Program-made: the position numbers and the translations under genes | Notes under the pieces: generated by a model | Told to the model about the DNA's origin: nothing | The model's database searches: none | The model's input: the letters and a program-made list of their open reading frames with translations, nothing else | Origin: an uncultured Mycobacterium sp. | Lineage (GTDB): Bacteria; Actinomycetota; Actinomycetes; Mycobacteriales; Mycobacteriaceae | Assembly (NCBI GenBank): GCA_964463215.1 | Contig: CAYXBN010000005.1 | Span: forward strand, 7,187 to 71,186 | Direction of reading: 5' to 3' | Length of the DNA: 64,000 bases | Part shown: piece after piece, positions 29,945 through 45,926 of the stretch | Layout of the letters: each line of letters begins with the position of its first letter | Position numbering within the stretch: position 1 is the first letter of the stretch

Positions 29945-30706
29945 CTAGGCGGGGACGGCGGCCTTCAGTGCGTCTAGGGCTCCGGCGCTGAGCCGGGCGA
30001 GTTCCTCGACTTCCTCGCCGGTGAGCGCGGCCTCGAGCAGTTCGGCCATCCGATTGTTGGTGGCCTCTTCGACCTCGTCGTAGCGGCCCTTTTTGCCGGC
30101 GCCGTCGGCGAATGGCTCGGGCCAGCCGAACATCCGGGTGTAGTCGTGGCCGCCGTGCAGCATGTGGGCTTCGACCGGGGTGATGTCGGACAGGCTCAAC
30201 GCGCTGAAGTGCACGTCGCCACGCAGTTCCCGAAGCACAAACATCACCTGAAACGCGCGGGCGGGAGCATCAGCAGCCAGCGGCATGGCGCTCCAGCCGG
30301 CGAACATCGGCAACGCGCCGGTGGGTGCGCTGGCGATGACCTTCTCGCCCAACTCCGCGATCCGGGCAGGCCCCTGCGCCCCGGCCAGATACTTCCGGCC
30401 GAAATCGGCGACCTGATCCCAGTACACCTGCGCCGCGCCGGCCGCGCCCCGCACCGCCACACCTTCGTCCCACATGGCGGCGGTGAAGTTGGGCTCGAAA
30501 ATGGAGAACACCGATGCCACGGTGCGGCCGTTCGCGTCGCCGAGAACGCCGCCTCGGCCGGCGACGTAGCCGGCCAGCGGGTTGGTGTAACCTGCGGCGA
30601 CGCTGCCCGCGAGGGTCTCCGGGTGCAACATGAAAACGCCGATCGCCTCTCCCATCGAGGCGCCGATGGTGGCAGTCGCTTCCGACAGTGCGTGCTTCAT
30701 GTGCAT
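29945..30706 (-). CDS. SCO6745-family (EvbL-like) uncharacterised protein
   Basis: [35 protein letters not shown]. Confidence 0.8.
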   Translation of the reverse strand: MHMKHALSEATATIGASMGEAIGVFMLHPETLAGSVAAGYTNPLAGYVAGRGGVLGDANGRTVASVFSIFEPNFTAAMWDEGVAVRGAAGAAQVYWDQVADFGRKYLAGAQGPARIAELGEKVIASAPTGALPMFAGWSAMPLAADAPARAFQVMFVLRELRGDVHFSALSLSDITPVEAHMLHGGHDYTRMFGWPEPFADGAGKKGRYDEVEEATNNRMAELLEAALTGEEVEELARLSAGALDALKAAVPA

Positions 30707-30713
30707 CTCCTGG

Positions 30714-32264
30714 CTAAATCGGGATCAGACCGTGCTTGCGCTGGACGCGCTGAATCTGCTTGTCCCGCAACAACCGCATCGACTTGCGCAGCAGCAGTCG
30801 GGTCTGGTGTGGTTCGACGACCGCGTCGATGAAGCCTCGCTCGGCGGCGATGTAGGGGATCGCCATGTTGAGGTTGTACCCCTCGATGAAGTCCGCCCGG
30901 ATCTTCTGGACCTCCGGGGCGGTGGGGTCGGGGAACCGCTTGACGAGCAGTTGGGCGGCGCCCTCGGCGCCGATCACGGCGATCCGGGCGGTGGGCCAGG
31001 CGAAGTTGAGGTCGGCGGTCAACTGTTTGGACCCCATCACCGCGTATGCCCCACCGTAGGACTTGCGGATGGTCAACGTGACCTTCGGGACATCGGCCTC
31101 CACGACGGCGTAGAGAAAACGGCCGCCCCGCTTGATGATTCCGTTCTTCTCCTGCTCCACACCGGGTAGGAAGCCGGGCGTGTCGACGACGAACACCAGT
31201 GGAGTGTTGAAGGAGTCACAGAACCGGACGAACCGGGCGGCCTTGTCGGAGGCCTCGTTGTCGATGGCGCCGGACATGTGCATCGGTTGGTTGGCGATCA
31301 CCCCGACCGGTCGGCCGTCGACGCGCGCGAACCCGGTGATGATGGCCTGGCCGGCTTGGGCGGCGACGTCGAGGAAGTCGCCGTCGTCGAAGATCCGGAT
31401 CAGGATCTCGTGCATGTCGTAGGCGGTGTTGTCGGCGTCCGGCACGATGCTGTCCAGTTCCAGATCGTGTGGGGTGATCTCCGGTTCCAGTCCCGGGTTG
31501 ATCACCGGTGCGTCGTCAAAGGTGTTGGGCGGCAGGAAATCCAGGAAATCGCGGACGTAGGCGAAGGCGGCTTTCTCGGAGTCGACGACCTGGTGGATGT
31601 TGCCGTAGCGAGCCTGGTAGTCCGCGCCGCCGAGTTCATCGAGGCTGACGTCCTCGCCGGTGACATCCTTGATGACGTCCGGGCCGGTGACGAACATGTA
31701 GCCCTGATCGCGCACCGCGACAACCAGGTCGGTCTGGATGGGTGAGTACACCGCGCCGCCGGCGCACTTGCCCAGGATGATCGAGATCTGCGGCACGATG
31801 CCGGACAGCAGTTCGTGGCGGCGGCCCAGTTCGGCGTACCAGGCCAGTGAGGTGACGGCGTCCTGGATGCGGGCGCCGCCGGAGTCGTTGATACCGACGA
31901 TCGGGCAGCCGACCATGGCCACCCACTCCATGAGTTTGGCCACCTTGCGGCCGAACATCTCCCCCACCGATCCGCCGAACACGGTCTGGTCATGGGAGAA
32001 CACCCCGACGGGGCGGCCGTTGATGGTTCCGTGGCCGCAGACCACCCCGTCGCCGTAGAGGGCGTTCGGGTCGCCGGGGGTGCGCGCCAACGCGCCGATC
32101 TCCAGGAAGCTGCCCGGGTCGAGCAGTTCGTGGATGCGGGCCCGAGCGCTGGGAATGCCCCGTTTGTCGCGTTTGGCGGCGGCGGCCTCACCGCCGGGTT
32201 CCTTGGCCAGTTGCAGCTTTTGGCGCAGTTCGGCCAGCAATTCGGCGGTGGACTTGTTGGTCAA
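30714..32264 (-). CDS. accD4: Acyl-CoA carboxylase carboxyltransferase AccD4
   Basis: [37 protein letters not shown]; follows pks13. Confidence 0.96.
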   Translation of the reverse strand: MTNKSTAELLAELRQKLQLAKEPGGEAAAAKRDKRGIPSARARIHELLDPGSFLEIGALARTPGDPNALYGDGVVCGHGTINGRPVGVFSHDQTVFGGSVGEMFGRKVAKLMEWVAMVGCPIVGINDSGGARIQDAVTSLAWYAELGRRHELLSGIVPQISIILGKCAGGAVYSPIQTDLVVAVRDQGYMFVTGPDVIKDVTGEDVSLDELGGADYQARYGNIHQVVDSEKAAFAYVRDFLDFLPPNTFDDAPVINPGLEPEITPHDLELDSIVPDADNTAYDMHEILIRIFDDGDFLDVAAQAGQAIITGFARVDGRPVGVIANQPMHMSGAIDNEASDKAARFVRFCDSFNTPLVFVVDTPGFLPGVEQEKNGIIKRGGRFLYAVVEADVPKVTLTIRKSYGGAYAVMGSKQLTADLNFAWPTARIAVIGAEGAAQLLVKRFPDPTAPEVQKIRADFIEGYNLNMAIPYIAAERGFIDAVVEPHQTRLLLRKSMRLLRDKQIQRVQRKHGLIPI

Positions 32265-35200
32265 TGGGCGGCCTCACTCTGGATGCGGTTGATCGCTTCG
32301 CTCATATGCGCACCGACCTTGGCAATGTACGGCTCGTCGATGGCCTGGATGTGCTCGCCCCCGATCGGCACCACCTCGAGGTCGGTGACGAACTCGCCCC
32401 ACCCGCCGTCGGGTCTGCGGGTGGCGTAGCGCGGTTCGAACATGATGGCGTCGTCGTGGTAGCGGTCGGCCATGTACAGCGTCACGTGCCCGTCGTAGGG
32501 CTCGATCTTGGCGGTGTCGATGGCGCGGTTGTCCAGATACGACGTGCGCTGATGTTCGATGACCCCGCCGGGGATGTTGACCCCGCTGGCCTTGACCGCG
32601 TCGAGGACGAAACGGACCTGGCCGTCGTCGTCGAGAACCTCGAGTTGCTCGTAGGGGATCGCCGGGATCTCGACGTTGAAGGTCCGCTGGGCGAACAGCG
32701 CGTAGCGGTCCCAGCGTGCCCGGATCTCCTCCTTGGTCTGCGGGATGTCCTCCCCGGCGCGCACCGTGTCGATCAGACCGACGAACCGCACGTCCGCGCC
32801 GGCCTTGCGCAGCCCGATCGCGCTGGCGTAGGCCAGCACCCCGCCGAGGGACCAGCCGGCCAGGATGAACGGGCCGTTCGGGTTCATCTCCAACAGCTTC
32901 GGCACGTATTCGGCGGCGCGTTCCTCGATGGAACCTTCTACCCGTTCGAACCCGTACATCGGGGTGTCGGCGGGCAGCCGCTTGAGCAGAGGTTCGTAGA
33001 CCACCGTCGACCCGCCGGCCGGGTGGAAGACAAACACCGGAATCCGGTCGGAGCCTTCCGGGCGGGCACGCAGGGTCCGCACGAACCCGTCGAGTTCGCC
33101 GGACTCCAGATGGCCGCGGACGGTGGTCGCCAATTCCTCGATGGTCGCCGCGGCGCGGACGTCCTCGACGGTGATGGTGCCTTCGCAGCGTTCGGTCAGT
33201 CGCTCGGCGATCTTGGCCGCGGTGGCGTCGTCGACCTTGGGCAGTTCGTTGAAGATGCCGCCGGGGGACTTCCCGGTGACGATCGCCCAGGTGGCGAAGG
33301 TGACCCGTTCGGCGGCTTCCCGCGGCGGGACGTCGGTGCCGAGGGCGTCGATGACGGCCTGCTGGGTGAGGACCTTCGCGGCGGCGCCGGCCGGGGTGTT
33401 GGCCGGTTCGGCTGGGGAATTCGCTCCCGGTCCCGCCGGGTTGGTGGGCGGGGGCGGCGGCGGGATGCCCGGGCCCGCCGGGTCGGTGGGCGGGGGCGGC
33501 ACAGCGTCGGTGGGCGGCGGCGGGATGTGCGCCTCCGGGTGCTTGGCGGCCAACTTTTCCGCCAACGCCTCCGGGATCTCCCCGGCGGCCAGTTTGGCCT
33601 GTTCGGCGGCGATCTCCTCAGCCGTCATACCCTTCTGGTGCTCGGCCAGTTCGGCGACCTGCTCGCGGTTGTCGATCGCGTAGACGATCAACTGCTCGAC
33701 GGCGTACAGGTTGGCGTCACGCACTGCGGTGAGCTGGATGGGCGGCAGGTCGAAGTCGTACTCGACGCGGTTCTTGATCCGCACCGCCATCAGCGAGTCC
33801 AAGCCCAACTCGATCAGCGGCACCTCCCACGGCAGGTCCTCGGGCTCGTAACCCATGGCGCTGCCGACGATCAGGCCGAGGCGGTCGTGCACGGTCTCCG
33901 GGCCGTCCGGAGTCCACTTGCCCAATTGGGCGGCAACCCCGGCGCCGGCGGCGAGGTTGTCATGCAGGATGTCCGCGTCGGGTTGCTCCTCAACGGTCTC
34001 CGGCTCAGCCGACAGCGGCTGCGCCACAGCTACTCCGGTGGCCACAGCTGCCGGCAAGGCCGATTGCGCACCCGACCGGCTCACGATGGCGTCGTAGACC
34101 AATGTGAACGACTCGTCGATTCGGGCGTGCACCTGCACCGAGGCACCACCGGGGTGACGGGTCAGGGTGGTCACCAGGCGCGCGCCGGCACCCGGAACCG
34201 CCCGTTGCTCGGCGGCGGTGAGCACAGCATCCGGAAGGACCTGCACCGCAGCAGCTTTCACCAGCGCGGCCAGATCGGTGTTGCCGTCTCCGCCGTACTC
34301 CCAGACGTGCCGGCCATCAGGCATGGCGACGTGGGTGCCGGGGACCAGGGCGGAGCCGTCAGCGGAGAAGTGCGCGTTGAGCCAGTGCTCCTTGCGTTTG
34401 AACCGGGTCGGCGGGATATCGGCGTAATCGCCGGGACCACCGGCCGGGGAGAACAGCGTCCGGAAGTCCAAGTCGTGGCCGTAGACGTACAACTGTGCCA
34501 TCGCCGCGACCACCGAGTCGACTTCGTCCTGCTTACGGGCCAGGGTGGGGATCAACTGGCCGTCGTGCAGACCGGCGGCAGCAGTGGTCAGGCCAACCTG
34601 CATGAGCGCCACCGGATTCGGTGCCAACTCCAGGAAAGTGGTGTGGCCGTTGTCGACGGCATTGCGGATGCCGTTGGTGAAGTAGACGCTGTGCCGCAGA
34701 CCTTTCTTCCAGTAATCCACGTCGTGGATCGCCTCGCCCGGACGGATGTAGCCGCCCTCGTGCACGGTGGAGAAGTAGCCGATCTTCAGCGGTGTGGCAG
34801 CGATGCCCTGCAGTTCCGCGGCGAGTTCGCCGAGCAGTGGGTCCATCTGCTGGGTGTGGCTGGCGCCCTTGGTGGCGAACTTGCGGGCGAACTTGCCCTC
34901 TTTCTCGCAGCGTTCGATGATCGCGTCGACCTGCTCGGGCGGGCCGCCGATCACGGTCTGGGATGGGGCCGCATAGACGCACACCTCCAGACCGGGGAAG
35001 TCGGTGAAAACCTCGGTGATCTCCTCGGCGGAGTACTCCACCAAAGCCATCAACCGGATGTACTCACCGAACAGCATCGCCTCACCCTCGCCCATGAGAT
35101 GGGAACGGGCGCAGATGGTTCGGGTTGCGTCGGCCAGCGACAAACCACCGGCGAAGTAGGCGGCGGCGGCCTCCCCGAGTGACTGTCCGACCACGGCGGC

Positions 35201-37651
35201 GGGTTTGGCACCGTGGTGCTTGAGGAGTTCACCGAGCGCGATCTGGATGGCGAAGATGACCAGTTGGACCACTTCGATGGGGTACTGGCAGGTCTCGTCG
35301 GTGTAGTCGATCGAGTCATCGAGAATCAACTCGAGGATGGAGTAGCCACGCTCGTCCTGAATCAGGCTGTCCACCTTGTTGATCCACTCAGCGAACACCT
35401 CATCGCGCAGATAGAGGCTCTTGCCCATTTTGCGGTGCTGGGCGCCGAACCCGGCCAGCACCCACACCGGTCCGTTGGTGACCGGTCCGTCGGCACTGAA
35501 CGCCAACGGGGTCTGCTTGCCCTCGGCGATCGCCCGCAGGCCCTTGACGGCCTCATCGTGATCGTGAGCCATCACCACCGCGCGGGAGCGCCCGTGATTG
35601 CGCCGGGACAGCGACCGGCCGATGGACTCCAGCGAGGACGCCCGCCCCTGCGGGCTGTCGATCCAATCGGCCAACTCCGCGGCGGCAGCCCGCTTGCGTG
35701 AGGTCAGGAATCCCGAGACCGCAAGCGGCACAATCGGCGTGGTGGGTTCAGCGGCCTCGGCAGCGGCGAGTTCCTCGCGAGCTACCTCCAGCAGGCGCAG
35801 CGCCTCGTCGGTGAGACCGGGGAGTTCTGGTTCCTCGTCGTCCCGGCTCTCGCCGTAGAAGTCTGCGTCAGGCAGGCCGTCCCCGAGAGGCTCATCGACG
35901 AACTCCCCGTACTCGTCCATCCGCACCCCGCCGACGTACACGGCATCAGCCTCGGACAGCGGCGACTCCGAGGGCTCGGACTCCGGTTCGGGTTCAGGCT
36001 CGACCAGATCCTCGGGCAGTACCTCGCGCAGCACCAGGTGGGCGTTGGCACCGCCGAATCCGAACCCAGAAACCCCGGCGATGGCGTGCCCGCTGTAGCG
36101 GGGCCAGTCGGAGGCGGTATCGGCGACTTTCAACCGAACGTCATAGAAGTCGATATAGGGGTTGGGGCCGGAGTAGTTGATCGATGGCGGAATGATGTTG
36201 TGGCGCAGGGACAACGCCACCTTGGCCAGGCTGGCGGCACCGGCGGCCGATTCGAGATGCCCGACGTTGGACTTGACCGCGCCGAGCAGGGCGGGCTGAT
36301 CGGCGGGGCGACCCCGGCCGACCACGCGACCGAGGGCGTCGGCCTCGATCGGGTCGCCGAGAATGGTGCCGGTGCCGTGCGCCTCGATGTAATCGACGGT
36401 GCGCGGGTTGATCCCGGCGTCACGGTAGGCCCGGCGCAACACGTCGGCCTGGGCGTCGGGGTTTGGCGCCAGCAGGCCGTTGGATCGGCCGTCGTGGTTG
36501 ACCGCACTGCCGGCGATCACGGCGATGATGTCGTCGCCGTCGCGGCGGGCGTCGGCGAGGCGCTTGAGCACCAGCATGCCGCCGCCCTCGGAGCGGGCGT
36601 ACCCGTCTGCATCGGCGGAGAACGACTTGATCCGACCGTCCGGTGCGAGCACACCGCCCACTTCGTCGAATCCGATCGTAACCGCCGGTGTGACAAGGGC
36701 ATTGACGCCACCGGCCAGCACCACGTCAGCTTCCCCGGCGCGCAGCGCCTGCACACCGGAGTGCACGGCGACCAGCGAGGAAGAGCAGGCGGTGTCGACC
36801 GCCACCGACGGCCCGCGGAAGTCGTAGAAGTAGGACACCCGGTTGGCGATGATCGAACTGGCGGTGCCGGTGATGGCGTAGGGGTGCGCGGTGCGCGGGT
36901 CCATCATCGCCAGGTAGCTGTAGTCGTTGGTGGAACTGCCGACATAGACCCCGACACTCTGCCCCCGTAGCACCGATGCCGGGATGCGAGCGTTCTCCAG
37001 GGCCTCCCAGGTGAGTTCGAGAGCCATCCGCTGCTGCGGGTCGATGTTGTCGGCTTCCATTTTCGACAGGGCGAAGAACTCGGCGTCGAAACCCTTGATG
37101 TCGCTGAGGTATCCGCCGCGGGTACGGGCTTTGCGAATTCGGTCGGCCAGGCGTGGCTCGTCCATGAACTCCGACCAGCGACCCTCCGGCAGATCGGTGA
37201 TGGCGTCGCGGCCCTCCAGCAGCGCCTGCCACATCGCCTCGGGGGTGTTCATATCGCCGGGGAAGCGGGTGGCCAGGCCCACGATGGCGATGTCGGCCAC
37301 GTCGCGGGTTCGGGTCCAGTCCTCGACGTCGTCGGCGGTGTCGATCTCGGGCTCACCCTCGACGATCACCGTTGCCAGCGCCTCGATGGTCGGGTGCCGG
37401 AACGCGACGGTCGCCGTCAAGGTCACCCCGGTGAGATCTTCGATGTCGCTGGCCATCGCGACCGCATCCCGCGAGGACAGGCCCAGTTCGACCATCGGGA
37501 CGGACTCGTCGATGGAATCCGCAGGCTGGCCGGTGGCGTTGGCCACCCAGTTGCGCAGCCACTCGCGCATTTCGTTCACCGTCATGTCGGTGCGGGGTGC
37601 GCTCAGTTCGTGCTCGGGAGCGATGACGATCTCGTCCGGCGATTCAGACAT
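32261..37651 (-). CDS. pks13: Mycolic acid condensase Pks13 (ACP-KS-AT-ACP-TE)
   Basis: LGLSSRDAV (ACP), DTACSSS (KS), GQSLG (AT), LGLDSL (ACP), GWSLG (TE); start at ATG 37651 or GTG 37669. Confidence 0.97.
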   Translation of the reverse strand: MSESPDEIVIAPEHELSAPRTDMTVNEMREWLRNWVANATGQPADSIDESVPMVELGLSSRDAVAMASDIEDLTGVTLTATVAFRHPTIEALATVIVEGEPEIDTADDVEDWTRTRDVADIAIVGLATRFPGDMNTPEAMWQALLEGRDAITDLPEGRWSEFMDEPRLADRIRKARTRGGYLSDIKGFDAEFFALSKMEADNIDPQQRMALELTWEALENARIPASVLRGQSVGVYVGSSTNDYSYLAMMDPRTAHPYAITGTASSIIANRVSYFYDFRGPSVAVDTACSSSLVAVHSGVQALRAGEADVVLAGGVNALVTPAVTIGFDEVGGVLAPDGRIKSFSADADGYARSEGGGMLVLKRLADARRDGDDIIAVIAGSAVNHDGRSNGLLAPNPDAQADVLRRAYRDAGINPRTVDYIEAHGTGTILGDPIEADALGRVVGRGRPADQPALLGAVKSNVGHLESAAGAASLAKVALSLRHNIIPPSINYSGPNPYIDFYDVRLKVADTASDWPRYSGHAIAGVSGFGFGGANAHLVLREVLPEDLVEPEPEPESEPSESPLSEADAVYVGGVRMDEYGEFVDEPLGDGLPDADFYGESRDDEEPELPGLTDEALRLLEVAREELAAAEAAEPTTPIVPLAVSGFLTSRKRAAAAELADWIDSPQGRASSLESIGRSLSRRNHGRSRAVVMAHDHDEAVKGLRAIAEGKQTPLAFSADGPVTNGPVWVLAGFGAQHRKMGKSLYLRDEVFAEWINKVDSLIQDERGYSILELILDDSIDYTDETCQYPIEVVQLVIFAIQIALGELLKHHGAKPAAVVGQSLGEAAAAYFAGGLSLADATRTICARSHLMGEGEAMLFGEYIRLMALVEYSAEEITEVFTDFPGLEVCVYAAPSQTVIGGPPEQVDAIIERCEKEGKFARKFATKGASHTQQMDPLLGELAAELQGIAATPLKIGYFSTVHEGGYIRPGEAIHDVDYWKKGLRHSVYFTNGIRNAVDNGHTTFLELAPNPVALMQVGLTTAAAGLHDGQLIPTLARKQDEVDSVVAAMAQLYVYGHDLDFRTLFSPAGGPGDYADIPPTRFKRKEHWLNAHFSADGSALVPGTHVAMPDGRHVWEYGGDGNTDLAALVKAAAVQVLPDAVLTAAEQRAVPGAGARLVTTLTRHPGGASVQVHARIDESFTLVYDAIVSRSGAQSALPAAVATGVAVAQPLSAEPETVEEQPDADILHDNLAAGAGVAAQLGKWTPDGPETVHDRLGLIVGSAMGYEPEDLPWEVPLIELGLDSLMAVRIKNRVEYDFDLPPIQLTAVRDANLYAVEQLIVYAIDNREQVAELAEHQKGMTAEEIAAEQAKLAAGEIPEALAEKLAAKHPEAHIPPPPTDAVPPPPTDPAGPGIPPPPPPTNPAGPGANSPAEPANTPAGAAAKVLTQQAVIDALGTDVPPREAAERVTFATWAIVTGKSPGGIFNELPKVDDATAAKIAERLTERCEGTITVEDVRAAATIEELATTVRGHLESGELDGFVRTLRARPEGSDRIPVFVFHPAGGSTVVYEPLLKRLPADTPMYGFERVEGSIEERAAEYVPKLLEMNPNGPFILAGWSLGGVLAYASAIGLRKAGADVRFVGLIDTVRAGEDIPQTKEEIRARWDRYALFAQRTFNVEIPAIPYEQLEVLDDDGQVRFVLDAVKASGVNIPGGVIEHQRTSYLDNRAIDTAKIEPYDGHVTLYMADRYHDDAIMFEPRYATRRPDGGWGEFVTDLEVVPIGGEHIQAIDEPYIAKVGAHMSEAINRIQSEAAH

Positions 37652-37665
37652 GGGTCCTTCGGGTG

Positions 37666-39555
37666 TCACGCCTCGTCAGGGAAGGCGTTGGCCACCTTCC
37701 CGGACCGCAGGCTGCCGTCCAGGTATGCCGACCGGCAGGCCCGCCGACCGATCTTGCCGCTGGAGGTACGCGGGATGGCCCCGGCGGGGGTCAACAGCAC
37801 GTCGCGGACCGTGACGCCGTGGCGCACGGCGATGGCCGCGCGGATGGCGTCGGCGACCTGCCCGAGTTCCATCTTGTGCGCTCCGGCCGCCCGTTCGGCG
37901 ACGATCACCAGTTGCTCGGAGGTGTCGCTCGGATCCCGCTTGAGGCCAGAGTGGGCGTCGGCGAACACCTCCTCGGGCAGCTGGTTGGCCGGAACCGAAA
38001 ACGCCGCGGCGAATCCGGTGCGCACCGCCTTGGACGCCTCCTGGGCGGAGTACTCCAAGTCCTGCGGGTAGTGGTTGCGGCCGTCGATGATCACCAGGTC
38101 CTTGGTTCGGCCGGTGATGAAAAGCTCGCCGTCGTGGTAGGCGCCGAGGTCACCGGTGCGCACCCAGGTTGCGTCGTCGTTCGCGCCTTCGGCGTGCGAC
38201 GGGGTGGTCCGCGACTTGAGGGTGTTCTGGAAGGTCGCGATGGTTTCCTCGGGCTTGTTCCAGTAGCCCGTGCCCATGTTGTTGCCGCTGATCCAGATCT
38301 CGCCGATCTGGCCGTCGGGAACCTCGCTGGCGGTCTCGTAGTCGACGATCACCGCCCACTCACCGACGCCGACCTTGCCGGCGCCGGCTTGGGCGACCGC
38401 CTTCGGGGAATCGTCGGGCACGGGCACGAACCGGCCGGCGTTGAGCGCGTCGCGATCGACGGAGATGATCTTCGGCTCCTCGGTGGACGGGGTCGTCGAG
38501 ACGAAGAGTGTTGCCTCGGCTAATCCGTAGGACGGCTTGATCGCCTTGCGCGGGAAGCCGAATGGGCCGAAGGCGTTGTTGAACCGCTCGACGGTTGCCG
38601 CCGAGATCGGCTCGCTGCCGTTGAGGACGGCTTTGACGTTGGACAGGTCCAGCGGTTCCTCGCCTTCCTTGGGCAGACCGCGGGCCGCCGCGTGGTCGAA
38701 GGCGAAGTTCGGCGCCACCGAGATGGTGCCGCCGGTGTCGCCGGGCTGTCGGGCGATCTCACGCATCCAGCGAATCGGGCGACGCACGAAGGCCGCCGGC
38801 GTCATGAAGGTGAAGTAGTGGCCGATCAGCGATGGCAGCAGCGCGGTGACCAGACCCATATCGTGGAAGAACGGCAGCCAGGACACGCCCCGGTCGCCCT
38901 CCTCGCCCTCGAGGGCCTCGATCACCTGCACCACGTTGGTGGCCAGGTTCAGGTGGGTGATCTGCACACCGCTGGGAATCCGGGTTGAGCCGGAGGTGTA
39001 CTGCAGATAGGCGATGGTGTCCTCATTGACGGTGTCGACGTGCTCCCAGGTGGCGCCGACCTCAACAGGCACGGCATCGACGGCGATGACGCGCGGACGT
39101 TCCTTGGCCGGGCGGGCGCGGAAGAACTTGCGGACGCCCTCGGCGGCCTCGGTGGTGGTCAGGATCGCCGACGGCTGGCAGTCATCGAGGACCGCGTGTA
39201 ACCGGCCGACGTGCCCGGGCTCGGACGGGTCGAACAACGGCACCGCGATCCGCCCCGAGTACAGCGTGCCGAAGAAGGCGACCAGATATTCGAGGTTCTG
39301 CGGGCACAGGATCGCCACCCGGTCCCCCGGCTCGGTCACCTGTTGCAGGCGTGCGCCCAGAGCCCGGTTGCGCGCCCCGAAGTCGGCCCAGCGCAGTTCC
39401 CGGGCCACCCCGTCGCGTTCGGTGGAGAAGTCCAGGAACCGGTAGGCCAGCTTGTCGCCGCGGACTTTGGCCCAGCGTTCGACGTGTTTGACCAGGCTGG
39501 CGCCCTCCGGGAAGGTGATAAGTCCGTCCTTGATGAACGGGTTGTGGAAGGGCAT
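37666..39555 (-). CDS. fadD32: Fatty acyl-AMP ligase FadD32
   Basis: [43 protein letters not shown]. Confidence 0.97.
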   Translation of the reverse strand: MPFHNPFIKDGLITFPEGASLVKHVERWAKVRGDKLAYRFLDFSTERDGVARELRWADFGARNRALGARLQQVTEPGDRVAILCPQNLEYLVAFFGTLYSGRIAVPLFDPSEPGHVGRLHAVLDDCQPSAILTTTEAAEGVRKFFRARPAKERPRVIAVDAVPVEVGATWEHVDTVNEDTIAYLQYTSGSTRIPSGVQITHLNLATNVVQVIEALEGEEGDRGVSWLPFFHDMGLVTALLPSLIGHYFTFMTPAAFVRRPIRWMREIARQPGDTGGTISVAPNFAFDHAAARGLPKEGEEPLDLSNVKAVLNGSEPISAATVERFNNAFGPFGFPRKAIKPSYGLAEATLFVSTTPSTEEPKIISVDRDALNAGRFVPVPDDSPKAVAQAGAGKVGVGEWAVIVDYETASEVPDGQIGEIWISGNNMGTGYWNKPEETIATFQNTLKSRTTPSHAEGANDDATWVRTGDLGAYHDGELFITGRTKDLVIIDGRNHYPQDLEYSAQEASKAVRTGFAAAFSVPANQLPEEVFADAHSGLKRDPSDTSEQLVIVAERAAGAHKMELGQVADAIRAAIAVRHGVTVRDVLLTPAGAIPRTSSGKIGRRACRSAYLDGSLRSGKVANAFPDEA

Positions 39556-39720
39556 ATCACTTCTCCTGTCGAACGTGCGGCCCTAGTTGAACGCAAAATC
39601 GTCGCTGCGCTCCACCAATCGCCGACATGGCTCGAGCCTCACAGATCGTACCGGTGATCGGGCGGCCACAGTCATACCGGCCGGATCGTCGAATCCCGCC
39701 GAACCGCCCGTCGCTGAGGC

Positions 39721-39761
39721 CTTATTCTACTCTTATTGGCCTTAATTTAATCTTAATGTTA
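39721..39761 (-). promoter_or_regulatory. AT-rich patch with repeated CTTA(T/A)T units upstream of fadD32 (putative promoter/operator)
   Basis: Units at 39721, 39732, 39741 and 39752; several TANNNT hexamers on the minus strand. Confidence 0.5.
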
Positions 39762-39796
39762 GGTGTTCGGCGGACCCGCGCCAAATCATCCGCCGG

Positions 39797-40897
39797 TTAT
39801 CCGTGCGGTGGGCTGGGTGCGTTCTCTAGGACCCCGCGAGCCCAGTTCAGCGTCCAGACGGTGGCTGGTTGACCGTCCGCACTCCAGAACTGCGGCGTGG
39901 CGTACATCGCGTGAATGGGTTGACCGGCGCCACTGGTGAGGACCTCGAGGGTGCGCGGCAGGTTGCCGATGTTGAAGGCCGACTGCGGCGCCGAGCAGAT
40001 CAGGTCGCCGGCCGCACAGATCTGGAATGTGCGATTGTTCAGCGCCCCGAAACCACCCGGTCGCTCGCCGCTCATCGTCAACCCGAGGGTGGACAGCGTC
40101 GGGACCTCCTTGAGGGTGATCTCGGCACCTTGCCCGGGGGCGTCGGGGCCGACGGACTGGCCCACCCCGGGTTGTCGGCGACCGTCGGCGATCAACGCGA
40201 CCCCGAGAACCAGGTCTTCGTCCACTGGGCCGCGTCCGTTGCCGATGTCGCTGGCGAGGTCCCCGGCGATCACCGCACCCTGGGAGAAGCCGACCATCAC
40301 ATAACTGGTGAGCGGGCAGCGACTGTTCATCTCGGTCATCGCCCGCACCGTCGCCTGGGTGCCCTCGTTGCGGGAGTCGTTGTAGGACATCTGTTTGTCC
40401 GCTGACAGCGGGTTCCGGAACTGAGCGGTGTAGGGAACGGTGTAGACCTGTACCCGCTCCGGGCTGAACTGCTGCTGTAGCGGCCGAGTTACGTTGAGCA
40501 GCAATGCAATTGGGAACTGACCCGGATTCAGCGGATCGTCGGAGGGCGAGGACTCCCAGGTTCCCGGGATGGCGATCATCTGGACGTCGGGGCAACTGGC
40601 GTCCTGGAATGCCGGGCGGGGCTTCTTGCCCGGAATGGTTGTCGGCGGAACCGCCGACGGCGGCGTCGCGGTCGGCGGCGGCCCGGGGCGGCGGACGACG
40701 ATCACGATGATGGCCACCACGAGTCCGACCACCAGTGCGACCGCCCCGGCGGCGATCAGCGCCAGGACGCGGTGCCGTCGACGGCGGTTGGCGGACTTGG
40801 TCGCCCTGGCAGATCCGGAAGTTCTGGACGATCTCGTTGATTTGGGCGCAGCGCCCCGGGCGGGGCGTCGGTTCGGATTCGGGTTGCTGCGGGTCAT
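39797..40897 (-). CDS. cut6: Cutinase-like phospholipase/thioesterase Cut6/Culp6 (Rv3802c)
   Basis: [23 protein letters not shown] (Ser), GDLIC, HAMY. Confidence 0.93.
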   Translation of the reverse strand: MTRSNPNPNRRPARGAAPKSTRSSRTSGSARATKSANRRRRHRVLALIAAGAVALVVGLVVAIIVIVVRRPGPPPTATPPSAVPPTTIPGKKPRPAFQDASCPDVQMIAIPGTWESSPSDDPLNPGQFPIALLLNVTRPLQQQFSPERVQVYTVPYTAQFRNPLSADKQMSYNDSRNEGTQATVRAMTEMNSRCPLTSYVMVGFSQGAVIAGDLASDIGNGRGPVDEDLVLGVALIADGRRQPGVGQSVGPDAPGQGAEITLKEVPTLSTLGLTMSGERPGGFGALNNRTFQICAAGDLICSAPQSAFNIGNLPRTLEVLTSGAGQPIHAMYATPQFWSADGQPATVWTLNWARGVLENAPSPPHG

Positions 40898-40942
40898 CTC
40901 AGCGGCGTCTTTGGTCGGCGTCTTCGGGCGTCGTGGGTCAGG

Positions 40943-41482
40943 TCAGCAGAGGTTCTTCGTGGCGATACCGATGTAGCTTCCGATAGTCGTGTCGACATCG
41001 AGATAGGCCACTTCCGGCGCCTGGCCGCCTCGGGAGGCGGCGATGTCGCTGCGCACCTTTGGGGCGACGGACTCCCACACCGCCTGGTCGCTCTGACCGG
41101 CCGCGCGGGCCTGGCAGACGTAGGCGCCGATACTCAAAGCGCGTAGATCGTTCGACGGGCGTACGCCGGCGGCCAGCAGGGCATCGAGGTAGCCGCGTTG
41201 GGACTCGGTCAGGTCGGGTTCGCCGGTCAGTTCGTCGGCCTCCGGAGAGGCCACGGCGTCGAAGGCGTCGCCGCGCGCGGACTGTTCTGCGGGCAGCGCG
41301 ACGGTGCTGATCAAGTCACCACCGGGTGAGGAGCAACCGGCCAGCAACCACGCCGCGGGCGCCATGACGCCCACGACCAGCACCCGGTTTGGACTCAGGC
41401 CGAGGGGTCGGGGACGGGTGGTCGCCAGTTTGCTGGACGATCCGCTATCCGGACGGTGCACACCCCCACAGTACCGGTTCAC
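40943..41482 (-). CDS. DUF732-family probable lipoprotein
   Basis: Lipobox LLAGC; YLDALLAAGV...IGAYVCQA...ATKNLC. True start is probably downstream of 41482. Confidence 0.8.
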   Translation of the reverse strand: MNRYCGGVHRPDSGSSSKLATTRPRPLGLSPNRVLVVGVMAPAAWLLAGCSSPGGDLISTVALPAEQSARGDAFDAVASPEADELTGEPDLTESQRGYLDALLAAGVRPSNDLRALSIGAYVCQARAAGQSDQAVWESVAPKVRSDIAASRGGQAPEVAYLDVDTTIGSYIGIATKNLC

Positions 41483-41539
41483 CGGAGCTGCTCAGCCCGC
41501 CGGAGACTGCGGATCGTTCACGGCTCAGGACCGGGGTCG

Positions 41540-42430
41540 CTAACCCAGCGACGCCCCGATGTCGCCGGCGATGGCGCCCAGTTGTCCGGCCCAGCTGCCC
41601 CAATCGTGGCCGCCGCCGCCACCAAGATTGAAGTTGCCGTTGCCGCCGCGCTGCTGGCGATAGTGCGCGTAGAAGATGCGGCTGCTGCCCTGGGCGACGC
41701 CGCAGTCGCCGCCGCCCATCGCACCGGGGTCGCCGCAGGCGATCGCGGCCGGGCTGTACACCCACAACCGGGTGTTGTTGGCGATCAGCAACTTGACGTG
41801 GACGTTGGGATCGCGGAACTTCCAGCGGCCCAACTGCGGAGCACCCCACATGGCCTCAACGTTGCCGCCGCCGTTGTTGATGGCGGTGGAGATGACCCCG
41901 TTGGTCGCGGTGTCCGACGGGTTCAGGAAGCCCGAGAGGGACCCCGCGTAGCTGTAGCGGTCGGGATGGAAGGCCGCCATGGTGATCGCGGCGGTACCGC
42001 CCTGGGAGACACCGACGATGGCGTGCCGGCTGGGCGCCAGGCCCTTGTTGGCGGCCAGCCAGTTCGGCAGTTCGTCAGCCAGGAAGGTCTCCCACTGCTT
42101 GCTGCCGTCACGCTCCCAGTTGGTGTACATGCTGTAGGCGCCGCCGGCCGGGGCGACCACCGAAAGCCCGCTGCCGGCCAGCGTGTTCATCGCATTGCCC
42201 GCGGTCACCCAGTTGCTGACCTCCGGTCCGGCGTTGAACGCGTCGAGCAGGACGATGGCCCGCGGGCCGCCGGCCTGGAAGGCCACCGGGATGTTGCGGC
42301 CCATCGCCGCCGACGGCACCATCAGATACTCCGGGCCCGCGGCGGTGGCGGCCGGTGCCGTCGCGCCCCACAAACTCAGGCCCAGGATCGCGGCGCTGAT
42401 AACCCGGAACAGTTTCACCAGACTGCTCAT
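41540..42430 (-). CDS. fbpD: MPT51/FbpD (FbpC1), antigen 85-related protein
   Basis: EYLMVPSAAMGRNIPVAFQAGG, LLDAFNAGPEVSNWVTAGNAMNTL, MYTNWERDGSKQWETFL; located downstream of fbpA. Confidence 0.93.
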   Translation of the reverse strand: MSSLVKLFRVISAAILGLSLWGATAPAATAAGPEYLMVPSAAMGRNIPVAFQAGGPRAIVLLDAFNAGPEVSNWVTAGNAMNTLAGSGLSVVAPAGGAYSMYTNWERDGSKQWETFLADELPNWLAANKGLAPSRHAIVGVSQGGTAAITMAAFHPDRYSYAGSLSGFLNPSDTATNGVISTAINNGGGNVEAMWGAPQLGRWKFRDPNVHVKLLIANNTRLWVYSPAAIACGDPGAMGGGDCGVAQGSSRIFYAHYRQQRGGNGNFNLGGGGGHDWGSWAGQLGAIAGDIGASLG

Positions 42431-42618
42431 ACCCACCTCACGTCGAATCGTTGCACCCCAAGGCTCGCTACCCCGGTAGTGAATCACACCGCCCATCCAG
42501 CGGCTTCGGGATTGCCCAGACATGGACCGGTAGCTTGCGCGCCGGGACGCCCGACGGCGACGAACCAGGTCAGGTCCGTCGCCGTCGGTCGCCAAGCGTT
42601 CCGGAGTGTGGGCGGCCG

Positions 42619-45859
<3,241 letters not shown>

Positions 45860-45926
45860 CGCTTCCCGCAGGCCGGCGACCCGGGTGGCCGACGGGCGGA
45901 TCGCCGGGAGGCGGACGGCTGGGAGA

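Noticed and set aside
33410-33540. Pro-rich repeats and acidic linker in Pks13 as novelty
   Set aside because: Similar inter-domain linkers are normal in Pks13 orthologues.
32264-35182. 972-aa plus-strand ORF
   Set aside because: Exact antisense shadow of pks13, expected from high-GC codon bias; no domain motifs.
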